Assembly: GCF_006345805.1 (NCBI RefSeq)
Contig: NC_042997.1
Location: forward strand, 191,084,001 to 191,148,000
Direction of reading: 5' to 3'
Source: Octopus sinensis
Lineage: Eukaryota
Length of the DNA stretch: 64,000 nucleotides
Shown here: in pieces, positions 51,301-63,047 of the stretch
Layout: the number at the start of each line of letters is the position of its first letter
How positions within the stretch are numbered: the stretch's first letter is position 1
Notes under the pieces: generated by a model
What the model was told of the DNA's origin: nothing
Seen by the model: only the letters and a program-made list of their open reading frames with translations
The model's database searches: none
Translations under genes and position numbers: made by a program

Positions 51301-54300
51301 TTGATGGTGATGTATTTCATCTTGGGAAAGTCCCTTTAACATGTGAACTTCCACATATACTGGTGTTGTTTTATCACAAACATCCACAACTGCTGCATGC
51401 ACCAGTAGTGGTATATTTTCATAATTTGAGAAAATATTTTATTTTGTATCTTTAACATGATTTTGAGGATATTTAAATAACATCATCATCATCATCATTT
51501 AACATCCGCTTTCCATGCTCGCATGGGTTGGATGGTTCAACTGGGGTCTGGGAAGCCAGGAGGCTGCACCAGGCCCAGTCTGATCTAGCAGTGTTTCTAC
51601 AACTGGATGCCCTTCCTAACGCCAAGCCCTCCGTGAGTGTAGTGGGTGCTTTTTACGTGCCACCTGCACGATGCCAGGTGAGACTAGCAATGGCCACGAC
51701 CGGTTGGTGCTTTTTACGTGCCACCGGCTCGGAGGCCAGTCGAGGCGGCGCTGGCAACAGCCACGTTCGGATGGTTATTTTATGTGCCACCGTATCACAA
51801 CTACAATTTCTACTGATTTTGAGCGATTTCGATTTCATCAGTGTTAAATATTAAAGTTTAATTACAAAACATTGTAAAAATGCAAAAATGTTAAATTTCC
51901 TTGTAATTAAACAGTATGCAGTTTAACTGAAAAGAATATGGCATCACTGGCAAGTTCCAGTAATAAGCTGTAGCAATTAACCTGTTAAGATATCAAAAGT
52001 TAAAAAACACAGTGTAACTCAAAACCAGGCAAAATAAATTGTTTCGTAGGTGAATGAGAATGATGGATGTAGGTACTTCACTGTTATTTCAGCTCATTGA
52101 CACGGGTATACCCAAGTCACTCTTGAAATAAGTACACTGGTTTAAGGTATGCAAATAGTATAAAATCTATCTACTGATATGTGACAGTGCTACACAAGTA
52201 AAACAAAATTAAATTTTGAGTTAGAAGCAGCTCTAATAATGAAAATATTACTGACAGTCACATACTTAATGTGTGTTATTTAAATGCTTTTCAGCTGCAG
52301 GAATTCATCCTGGGAAAGTCCCTTTTAAGACATCAAGTGTTGTTGCAAAACCAGGTGAACCAAATCACTCTGTTGGTGACCAAGAATGACCAAGGAAGGT
52401 AGCAAGCTGGCAGAAACATTAGCACGCCAAGTGAAATGCTTAGCAGTATTTTATCTGCCATTATGTTCTGAGTTCAAATTCCGCTGAGGTTGACTTTGCC
52501 TTTCATTCCTTCAGGGTCAATAATTTAAGTACCAGTTACACACTGGGGTCAATGTAATCGACTTAATCCCTTTGTCTGTCCTTGTTTTTCCCCTCTGTGT
52601 GTAGCCCCTTGTGGGCAGTAAAGAAATAAGAATGGCTGATATCGATATATTGTTTTAGCTTATCGGTACCATATACCCAAGTCACCCTCCATAAAGCATT
52701 TCTAATCCCACCAAAGTCAACCCTACTTTTTACCTATTTGGAATTGACAAAATAGCACCAATCCTGAGAGATGTATTGGTGGAACTTTTACAGTGTTGGA
52801 CACAATGCCTTGTGGTATTTTGATCAAGGTCTTAGGTTTATGACAGCTGTGATGACAATAATGCCAAGCTGTATTGACTAGAGCTGGTGACTATTGCCAC
52901 AAATAAACATGGATGTTGTGGAGTGGAAAAACTTCTACCTAGGGACAACTGTCAGTTTTTCTTCAAAAGATCTTTTTTAAGTCTGCATAAACATGTGAAG
53001 ATGCATGCTCAACTTAGACCAATGGAGCCCACCATCCCACACTTTGTTGTCAGTTTCATTCAAAGATTTCCAAAATCCAAAAAGACAAACTTTTTGAAGA
53101 AGAATTCCACCCAAAATATCATAAATACCTTCACTTCACACTACAGAAAGTTATTATATGAATTCTAGTCCAGTGAAGCCTTTTGGCAGGTAAGTTGAAG
53201 ATTTAAAAAAATAATAATATAAAAACATATTTATTCATTCATTCATCTTTTACTTGTTTTAATCCTTGAACTGTGGCCATTGTTTGAAGGGTTTTAGTTG
53301 AACAAATCATCCCCAGGACCTTCTTTTTTTAAGTTTGATACTTATTTAACCAGACCTTTTTGCTAAACTGTCAAGTTACTGAGACATAACATAACTACAA
53401 AGACACACACATATATACATTACTTAGGTGTGTTTCCCAACCACATGGTTCCAGGTTCAGTCCCACTGTGTGGCACCTTGCGCAAGTGTCTCCTAATATA
53501 GCCTCAGGCCAACTAAAGCCTTGTGAGTGGATTTGGTAGACAGAAGCTGAAAGAAGGCCATCATATGTATGCATGCATGTATGTATGTATGTATGTGTGT
53601 ATTATGTATGTATGTATGTATGTATGTGTGTACGTGTGTGTGTATGTGTGTGTGTATGTGTGTATGTATGTATGTATGTATGTATGTATGTGTGTATGTA
53701 TGTGTCTGTGTTTGTCCCCTAATTACTGCTTGACAACTGTTGTTGGTGTGTTTACATTCCCGTAACTTATCAGTTTGGCAAAAGAGACTAATAGAATAAG
53801 TACTAGGCACTAGGCTTAAAAAAAATAAGTCTTGGGGTTGATTTGTTCAGGTAAAACACTTCAAGGTGGTGCTCCAGCATGGCTGCAGTCAAATGACTGA
53901 AACAAGTAAAAGAATAAAAGAATATATTATATATGTGTGTGTGTGCATGTGTACACATACACATACACACACAGATTCTTTCAGCTTCTGTCAATCAAAT
54001 CCACTCAGATGGCTTTGGCTGCCCCAAAAAGACACATGCCCAAGGTGCCACACAGTTGGATTGAACCCAAAACCACATGGTTGAGAAGTAAGCTTCTCAG
54101 CCACACAACCATGCCTGTACCTTTCTTATTTATTTATTTATCTATTTAATTACTTATGTATTTATCAGTCTCCAGAATTAAATGATATGAAACAGAGTTA
54201 AGTATGGCTGGAGGTCATTCTTAACATTAACCACTTTCTCATTAACAGTTATTGACTTTTGGAGCGAGGTATATTAAGAGTCAGTCACCTTTTATAGTTA

Positions 54301-54481
54301 GAACATAAGGTGGCTGATATATAAAAACGCTAGAAAGGCAAAATATATGATTATATAATATGTATCATATATAAATGCAGACAAGGCTGGCTGCTTGGTT
54401 AAAAAGTCAACTTTGTAACCGACCATATGGCTTCAGATTAGATCTTCATAGCATGGCACCTTCAGCAGGTATCTTCTACAA

Positions 54482-54896
54482 AGGCAGTGAGCTGGCTGAA
54501 TTGTTAACACACCGGGTGAAATGCTTAGTGGTATTTTGTCTGCCGCTACGTTCTGAGTTCAAATTCTGCCAAGGTCGACTTTGCCTTTCATCCTTTCGGG
54601 ATCGATTAAATAAGTACCAGTTACGCACTGGGGTCGATGTAATCGACTTAATACCTATGTCTGTCCTTGTTTGTCCCCTCTGTGTTTAGCCCCTTGTGGG
54701 TAGTAAAGAAACAGGTATTTCGCCTGCCGCTACGTTCTGAGTTCAAATTCCGCCGAGGTCAACTTTGCCTTTCATCCTTTTGGGGTCGGTTAAATAAGTA
54801 CCAGTTACGCACTGGGGTCGATATAATCGACTTAATCCATTTATCTGTCCTTGTTTGTCCTCTCTGTGTTTAGCCCCTTGTGGGTAGTAAAGAAAT
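54482..54896 (+). mobile_element. SINE family C tandem dimer inserted into a decayed family-B SINE
   Basis: Two ~180-bp units; perfect 15-bp TSD AGGTATCTTCTACAA at 54467-54481 / 54897-54911. Confidence 0.87.
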
Positions 54897-56002
54897 AGGT
54901 ATCTTCTACAAGTGAATTCGATACATGGAAGCTGTGCAGGAGTCTATCGTGTGTGTGTAGCTTTTATCGTTTAATTGTTTTGGTCATTAAACTGTGGCCA
55001 TGCTGGGGCACAACCTTGGGGGATTTTAGTCGAACAAATCGACCATTGTACTGGTTTTTGTTTTCCCTAGCCTGGTACTTATTTTATTGGTCTATTTTGT
55101 CAAACCACTAAGTTACCGGGCCTAAATACACCAACACTGATTGTCCAGCAGTGGTGGTAGTGGTGGTGGTGTGGGAGACAAACATGGACAGCAAGACACA
55201 CACATACTACATATAAAAAAAAAAATGGACATATCATAGGCGCAGGAGTGGCTGTGTGGTAACTACATGGTTCCGGGTTCATTCCTACTGCGTGGCACCT
55301 TGGGCAAGTGTCTTCTACTATAGCCTCGGGCCGACCAAAGCCTTGTGAGTGGATTTGATAGACGGAAACTGAAAGAAGCCCGTCGTATATATGTATATAT
55401 ATATGTATGTGTGTATATGCTTGTGTGTTTGTGTTTGTCCCCCAACATCGCTTGACAACCGATGCTGGTGTGTTTACGTCCCCATAACTTAGCGGTTCGG
55501 CAAAAGTGACCGATAGAATAAGTACTAGGCTTACAAAGAATAAGTCCTGGGGTCGATTTGCTCGACTAAAGGCGGTGCTCCAGCATGATCACAGTCAAAT
55601 GACTGAAACAAGTAAAAATTAAAAAAAATATCAAACAATATGGTCTGAGATGGTCATGACTGAAATGTAATTTTGATCACTGAGAGTTGCTGAAGCATGG
55701 AACAAACTGCCAGCATCAGTTGTTAGTTGCCGGAGCACTACATCCTTCAAAACTTCCATGCTTCCTGAGAGTCACCAACACTACATCTGATTTCCTCCCC
55801 TCCATACACACACAAGCATGTATCTGACTCATACACTGTTCACTTCCCAGACATTTGTACATTACTGCATATGCTTTATACGCACTTTCTGACAAGTTGT
55901 GGTGCACCTGAGCACTGTATACAATAATTTCATTATTATTAATATTTTAGATCAGAACAGACATGGACAGCAACAACAAAATGAGAATAAATTAAAACTC
56001 AC

Positions 56003-56274
56003 CACAGCAGAACATGAACTCCCACTGTAACCCGGAAAACAAGCGCATGTGAAATTAGCTTTCTTTTCATCTTGACTGAGCTGATGCGAACAATTTCCGT
56101 TACTATGGCAAGGATTTTTTGAACATGGATTTTCTAGTTGACAATTATTCCCTACATATCCAGCTGGACAGGTACAATTATAGCTCCCCACTAAGTTTTT
56201 ACATTGGCCACCATTTTTGCAAGGATTCTTTTGGCATTCATTTATATCTTGATCACAGTGACGACCCTCGAAAC
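56003..56274 (-). CDS. crb: Crumbs homologue, membrane-proximal exon with two EGF repeats
   Basis: CTACAG/GTGAGT boundaries, 272 nt, phase 1-0. [25 protein letters not shown]...[15 protein letters not shown]. Confidence 0.93.
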
Positions 56275-56447
56275 CTGTAGTCAATAAAGAAAGCAGTTAG
56301 AAATATTAACACACCCAGGTATATATACATACTTTTATATACAATAATTTAATCGGGGTATTGGGGTGTATGTAACCATAGTGTCTAACAATATATTAAG
56401 TTCATTCACAGACACTGGCTATTAAAAACATACACACACATACACTT

Positions 56448-56880
56448 GGGATCTTTTCGGTTTGAATGGTAGTTTTTTCTAGTGGTGTCATATGAAATTG
56501 TCACCCATAATTATGACCCTAGTATCGATCTATTGCATTTCAACCTGTTTTAGGGTTAGGGTTAATTAGGGTTAAGTTTAGGGGTGGGGGGAAGGGCATC
56601 TTTTTTCTTCACAAATGTAAATAAACCCAATCTGTTTCTTAAACGAGGGACATATTCATACGACACAGAATGATCTTTACCCCAACAGATGTAATTGATT
56701 GGTTGAAATTGCAGAAATTGAAGAAAAAAACAACAAATATGTTACAAACTATAGAATTTTCTCAATAAAGCCAAGAGAAAAAGATGTTTTATAAACACAT
56801 TCTACCAGTATACGAAGTTTAAAATTTTTTAGTCACCTAGAAATTATGTTAAAAACTGCTGTTCAAACCGAAAAGATCCC
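56448..56880. mobile_element. MITE with 6-bp TSD and internal TTAGGG repeats
   Basis: TIR GGGATCTTTTCGGTTTGAA (19 bp perfect); TSD ACACTT at 56442-56447 / 56881-56886; telomere-like repeats at about 56550-56585. Confidence 0.88.
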
Positions 56881-58107
56881 ACACTTGTACAGCTGTTGGT
56901 AGAATAGCATCTGAGTGAGCAACCCTATCTGACTATGGAAACAATAAACCAAAGATACTCACTCTGTAACATTGAAAACATTTTTGATTGTAGATTATTA
57001 TAATCATTTGATCAGAACTTCTATAAAGTATAACGAAAAATAATATTGGTAGTCAAGGGCTACCAAACTGTGTGGTAGGTAGTCAAGGACTACCAAAACT
57101 GTCCAATCAGGATAAAGACTGACAAGTGGGAGAGCTGGTATAGAGTTTTGTAGGTAACTGTACATTAAAGACAGATTCGTCAGTGGGATTTGTGTCAGGT
57201 GGGATAGCCTAACCCTTCAGTATTCAGGTGACTGTCAAATGTAACCCTTATTTATTCAAATTGTTTTCAATTAATGCATTATCTCGCAGCCTTGAGATTT
57301 TATTGATGTGATTGCTTATTGCTACAATGACATTGTTAGGATGGTGTGTGGGTGTTTTAATCTGGCCAGTTTAAACACAAAACAGGTCGAAAATTTGGGG
57401 CCAAATATGGCCAGATTGATATCATATTTGAAAGCATAAAAGATGCACAGGCATATTAAGTGCACCTCAATTTCAGCAATGCTTATTTAGGGAAAAAAAA
57501 CCCAGTTTTTACTACATTAAATCATGTAATCTAGGTCCAACTTTTTGTCCAAGGGCAATTTTTTGAGACATCTTTTTAGGGGAAAAACATACATCTTATG
57601 TACCATAAAACATGGTATTTGTATCTTAATTGTATGCCTAGTAGCACTGATACTTACATTTGTAAATATTTATATACACAAACACTTCATTTATAAGTGT
57701 TAATAAGACTGATGTGTATGTAATAACCACCATCATTGAACTATCTTCGTTATAAAGAATTTACAAGTTACAATTGAAGATTTTTTCAGACAAAATAATG
57801 ACATAGTGGACTTATGTTGCATGCTTTCAGAAGCAGATGCCATAAATCTCCGTGGGAGTACACTGTAATAATGTACATTATTCAGTCACTACTCATTGCT
57901 GAACAACCACTTAGGGGACCAAATGCAGATGACATACATCAACCTACAATTCAGGACTTGCATTTAGAAAAGATTCTGCTTTTATTTAGTCATCTTTTTA
58001 TTTCTTTGGCATTTGAGTGAAAGAAAATAACAAACTCTGTAGATTCATTAGTGAGATGAATAACTTACAAGTTGCCTACATCTTCTCACAGAAAAACAGA
58101 AATACTA

Positions 58108-58667
58108 TTGGGTTGTCCGGAAAGTTTGTGCCGATTTATAGTAGCTTACCTTTCGACTTATTTTAGAACATGGTTGAGTTCATAAAATAGGATTTGACTC
58201 CATTTAGAGCAGAGTTTAAGATATATTTTCGTTGAAGAAGGTTTATGTTCCTATAACCTGTGTTAATTCTGTAACCCTTTAAAATGGAAGATATGAAAGT
58301 TCATTTTCGGCACATGATGCTTTGGGAACCAGACAAAAATTGCTGCAGCTCGGCTGGGATGTGTTACCCAACCCTCCATATTCACCAGATATTGCTCCTT
58401 CGGATTTCCACTTATTCAGGTCTCTGCAGAATAGTCTTAATGATAAAAATTTCAATTTCTTGGATGACATAAAAAGATACCTTGATGAATTCTTTGCCAT
58501 GAAACCACCTCAATTCTGGGAAAAGGGAATTTTCAAGTTAAAGGAAGGATGGAGAGGCATTGTGCAACAAAATGGTTCATATTTGGTTGATTAAAAATGT
58601 AATGGCAAGTATTTATTGACCTTCATATTTCCTTTAAAAATCGGCACAAACTTTCCGGACAACCCAA
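58108..58667 (+). mobile_element. Non-autonomous mariner, same deletion derivative
   Basis: About 30-bp TIRs, TA on both sides, same internal junction as 27348-27888. A lone right end lies at about 32816-32895 (-). Confidence 0.92.
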
Positions 58668-58789
58668 TAAATAGATGGTCACAATTAGAATGTTTTCGAT
58701 CATAAATTTACTCAATCAGGCCAAACACAAAATAGCTTTAGGTTCAGTTTTCATTTAGAATTAGTAAAATGTAACTAGAGAATACTCAC

Positions 58790-58894
58790 CATCTGCACAC
58801 TGACACGTATAACTTTGTGCTGTACAATTTTGAATACATGTACCATTTTGACATGGTTCAGAAATGCATGGTCCTTTACACTGGCAAAATACTC
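58790..58894 (-). CDS. crb: Crumbs homologue, EGF exon (absent from the ORF track)
   Basis: AAG acceptor and GTGAGT donor, 105 nt, phase 1-1. GVFCQCKGPCISEPCQNGTCIQNCTAQSYTCQCAD. Confidence 0.88.
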
Positions 58895-60738
58895 CTTCAG
58901 TCAAAAACAATAAAACAAAAAATAACATGAGAGGTTATACAATTAAATAGTTTCATTATTTCCATCACAAAATTATGTTCAAAGTACTCAGATAATAAAA
59001 ACCGTACTTTTAACATATTCAAATCCCTTCTTTCCATTTCTGACATGAAGCTCTTAAAAAACACTATTTCACCAAAAAGCCAGCTTCTGAATTCACTTCT
59101 GCTGCATTTCTAGCAAAGGACTATGATTCTGGATTTTAAAAAAAAGTTTAAACTTATTCCAGAATAGTCATGAATATATGATGAATAAAGAGTTTTCTAG
59201 AAAGTCATTTGTGCTAATATTTTCTGTATCAAATAATTTGCTATACCAAACCATGTTACAATGTTGGCGTTTGCTGATGTGTATGACAAACAAATTCTTA
59301 TCTTTTCTAAATAAGTAAACTGAGATAATTCTTCCGAACCTTCCTTCCTAATTGCACTTTATGGAAACAACAGGATTTCTTTTGTTTGAATAAGAAGACA
59401 TTTATGAAGTGAGACATCCAATGTTAACCATCTCAATGAAACATAAAAAATGAATTTATATTAATGGTTATCTGCCTAACATTATGAGGCCCAATTTACA
59501 GGTAAACGGATTGATCACATACACAACCAACAATGTAATTTTATAACTACATTTTTTGTATTATAACTCTATAGGCATAAAAACATATCTTCAGGTGAAT
59601 TTTAGTATCGGCTTTTAAACTGGTTGCAGTTTTTATACACCTTAGTTCAGTCTTTTATCTTCAAGGGACAGATTTGGTTAATAGTTCAGAGAAGTAGTAA
59701 AAAGATATAAAGATCCCTTTGGTCACAAATTTCCATGAAAGTTTCTATCTAAGGCATAAGTCTGGACAAAGTTGTTTGTAGAAGACCAGCAGTCATCCAT
59801 GCATGCCAATCTCCCCCTCTCAAATGCCACCAATATTGTCCAAAGGAAAGGCAAAGAGCAAACGCCAATACAACTTGTTTCTACAGCTGAGTGAACTGGA
59901 GCAGCATGAAATAAAGTGCCTTGCTCAAGAACACAACACACGTATCCTGGTCCAGGAATCAAACTCACAACCTCATGATTGTAAAGCTGGATGCTTACAC
60001 ATGACTTCACAAGAACAAGCTATAATTGTATGCAGAATGAAATGAAGTCAACCAAAAGCCATTCTAGTATATTTCTTTCTTTAATTAACAAATGAAGACA
60101 AGACCTTTAGTGGTGTCCTAGCAATGCAATTGAATACAGAATATTATTTGCTTTGCACAAACACATTAGTGAGTTTATATTTTGTTGATATCATAAAAAT
60201 TTTATCTTTTTACAAGCAATAAAAGTGCCAAAGTGATCAGATATTTAACCAGCCAGGAAAACCTCACTGTAAGGCCGAAAGCTACCACTAGGGAAAAACC
60301 GTACTATAATGAGTTCAAGCTGATATTCAAAGGTCATGTATTATAATAATTGAGAGTTGAATGACAACAGTTTAGTTGGCATTAAGAAGATTGTATCTCA
60401 GTGACGGGAAGGCATCCAACTGTAAAACGCTATCTCAGAAAAATCATGGAAGAGTGGATGTAAAGTGTTAAGAAGATCTACTTCTAACACATCATCACAG
60501 TTAAGGTAGCTACAGATCTGGCTGACTTGCTAGTAGTTTTATCTATAGTAATTTCTGAATAATTACTCAAGCGTTGCATTAATTAGTAGAAAGGCTAACT
60601 ACCTGGCTTTATTTAGTATAAAAAAATTAAAATACTGTCCACCCTCTGAGCGAAATATTTTATAGGTTTGTCAGTTAGCACCAATTGTACAAAATTAGTT
60701 TCTTGAATTTATTTCCGACATACACACACACACGTTTG

Positions 60739-61040
60739 CAGTGTGGAAGGTGTTTATAAGCCATTTAAGAAACACACAAAAACCGTTAGATTCACTTCAA
60801 CATTTAAATTTCATTTGTCAAAATATTTTCGTCGCTTTGAGACCGCGACCTGTTCACTGACAAAGCTTCGTGCTGCATCTGACGAAAATATTTTGACAAA
60901 TTAAATTTAAATGTTGAAGTGAATCTAACGGTTTTTGTGTGTTTCTTAAATGGCTTATAAACACCTTCCACGCTGCAATTGTTTTCGTTCCAGCACACGA
61001 TCTCAGATCAGGTCACTTGCTATGCAAGTACATCTCCGTA
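60739..61040. mobile_element. Small foldback insertion, probably Penelope-derived
   Basis: 98-bp inverted arms (60736-60833 / 60881-60978), about 60-nt extension on one side, 13-bp TSD ACACACA(C/T)GTTTG. Confidence 0.75.
60814..60864 (-). ncRNA. Variant minimal hammerhead (G3-C8 core)
   Basis: Stem I UUUGUCA/UGACAAA, core GUGAACA, stem II GUCGC/GCGAC, GAA, palindromic stem III AAUAUU, U at position 17. Confidence 0.65.
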
Positions 61041-61701
61041 ACACACATGTTTGTTGGAGGTAAATTAGGTAATTAGGTCCACCTGATACCTCACATCCAT
61101 ACATGATTGTAGATACCCACTTAAATACCAGTGAAACTATGATACAAATTTCATTATATATTTAATATATTTAATGTCTAAACACACAAACTTTATACAC
61201 TTTCTTGCAATCATGTATTGATCAACTGTAACGTTTGCACACATAAGCCACAACACATATACATATATTTATTGCATACTGTAACAGTAGCTCATAAAAT
61301 CACAGTTACCACTTATTAAAAAAACATGAAGACAGGAAAATTCAGCCTACACATAGCAGTGTTCCACCAGAATAAACATCGAATGAAGTGATAAAGGTGA
61401 TATATTGTTTTTAATGTTAAACTGCGAAATCTTTAAATCTACAACTGTAGAGAGCAGAAGGACAGGATTGGTGAAGTAGAAAGGAACTCTTGGGAGGTGT
61501 TTACTAAGATAATACAAGAAATAATCACAAATAGCAGGTGGACAGATGTTGGAAGCCATATTCAGAGGGTTATAGTGCAACGGAGGGTAAAAAAGTGCTG
61601 ATATACACAGCTTGACTTGGAGCATTTTCTGTGAGTCTGATAGTAAGTTGACAATATTTAAGGAGGTGCTACACTAGATGGGCAGCAAGATTGAAGTCTA
61701 C

Positions 61702-61938
61702 CTTCAAAATACTTGGGGCAGAGGCAGAACCAGGCATCATCTGTGACAATGCATTCGCTGCCATAGTGACAGTGAATGTTATGACAACTTGGAATGTCAC
61801 AGTTTTTACCCTCGTAGCCCAGCTCAGGAATGCAATCACAAAAGTAACTGCCAACGATATTGTCACATGTCGAGTTATGTCGACATGGATTCTTTTCCGC
61901 ATCATGACATTCATCTATGTCTTCTGAACAAAGATAAC
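61702..61938 (-). CDS. crb: Crumbs homologue, exon with two EGF repeats
   Basis: 237 nt, phase 1-1. GYLCSEDIDECHDAEKNPCRHNSTCDNIVGSYFCDC...CDIPSCHNIHCHYGSEC...CLCPKYFE. Confidence 0.92.
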
Positions 61939-63047
61939 CTGGGGAAAAAATAGAAATCAAACAAAACATTGCTACAGCAACACTTTCAGCTCAATCAAAA
62001 AAACGAAAACAGTTAACAGGCAGGTGCAGGAGGGGCTGTGTTTTGGATTTACTCCAACTATGTAGCATCTTGGGCAAGAATCTTTTACTACATTTCAGTA
62101 CATATTTGGCTTGTTTTGGTTTGTAAAGCTGGATGCCTCTTCCATCACCAACCATCACACAGAGTATACTGGGTAGAATTAGAGAAGTTGGCATGCTCTA
62201 CACAGGACAAGGCTAAAGGGTCCTCTCAACCTCAGGTTTTCTCTATTCATTTGCCAACCACTTTACTGTGTATTGGGCAAATTTTGTTGAGGCAGAAACA
62301 CCATATACATACATATATATACACTTACACATGTGGTAGGGCTGAAAAGCTCCTAGCTTTGGATAAAAGAAAATACAGGAGGATCAGTTAATTGTGATTT
62401 TATTCCCTTTTTCAGATTCACACACTTATTGCAGCAGTCCTTCAGTTTTTCTGAGCCCTGTAAAAAAAACTTGGAAGGTTGGGCCTCCAATCAGGCTTTT
62501 CACAATACTCTTAAGGCCAGGAACTTTTCAGCAACCTCTCGTGTGTGTGTGTGTGTATGTGTGCACACACACACACACATGACCAGTGAAGAGTGGAGTT
62601 GTTGGAATCACATTTGTTCCATGGTTTCCATCTGTCTCAGCAACATACGCATGGCAAATCATATAAGTTGGTAAATATGGAAGAGAGCAATCATTATGTA
62701 ATATTGGTTTCAAATTTTGGCACAAGGCCAGCAAGTTCAGGGGAAGAGGATAAGTCAATAATACCAACACTAGTGTTCAGCTGGTACTTATTTTATTGAC
62801 ACTGAAAGGATGGAAAGCAAAGTTGAACTTGGTGGAATTTGAACTCACAATGGAAAGACAGACAAAGCTTTTTTGTCTGGCATGCTAATGATTCTGTCAG
62901 CTTGCCACCTTGAAATAAAACAATTGTAAAACATCTCAAGCAAGAATTTTTTTGTCTCCAGCAAGAATTTTTTCTCTCAAATATTTTTTGAACTGCATCT
63001 AATTTTGCTTACTTTCAGTCACTGCTCTGCACATCTACTCATGAATA

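Noticed and set aside
56550-56590. True telomere or chromosome-fusion site
   Set aside because: Only a few degenerate TTAGGG units, enclosed within a TIR- and TSD-bounded MITE.
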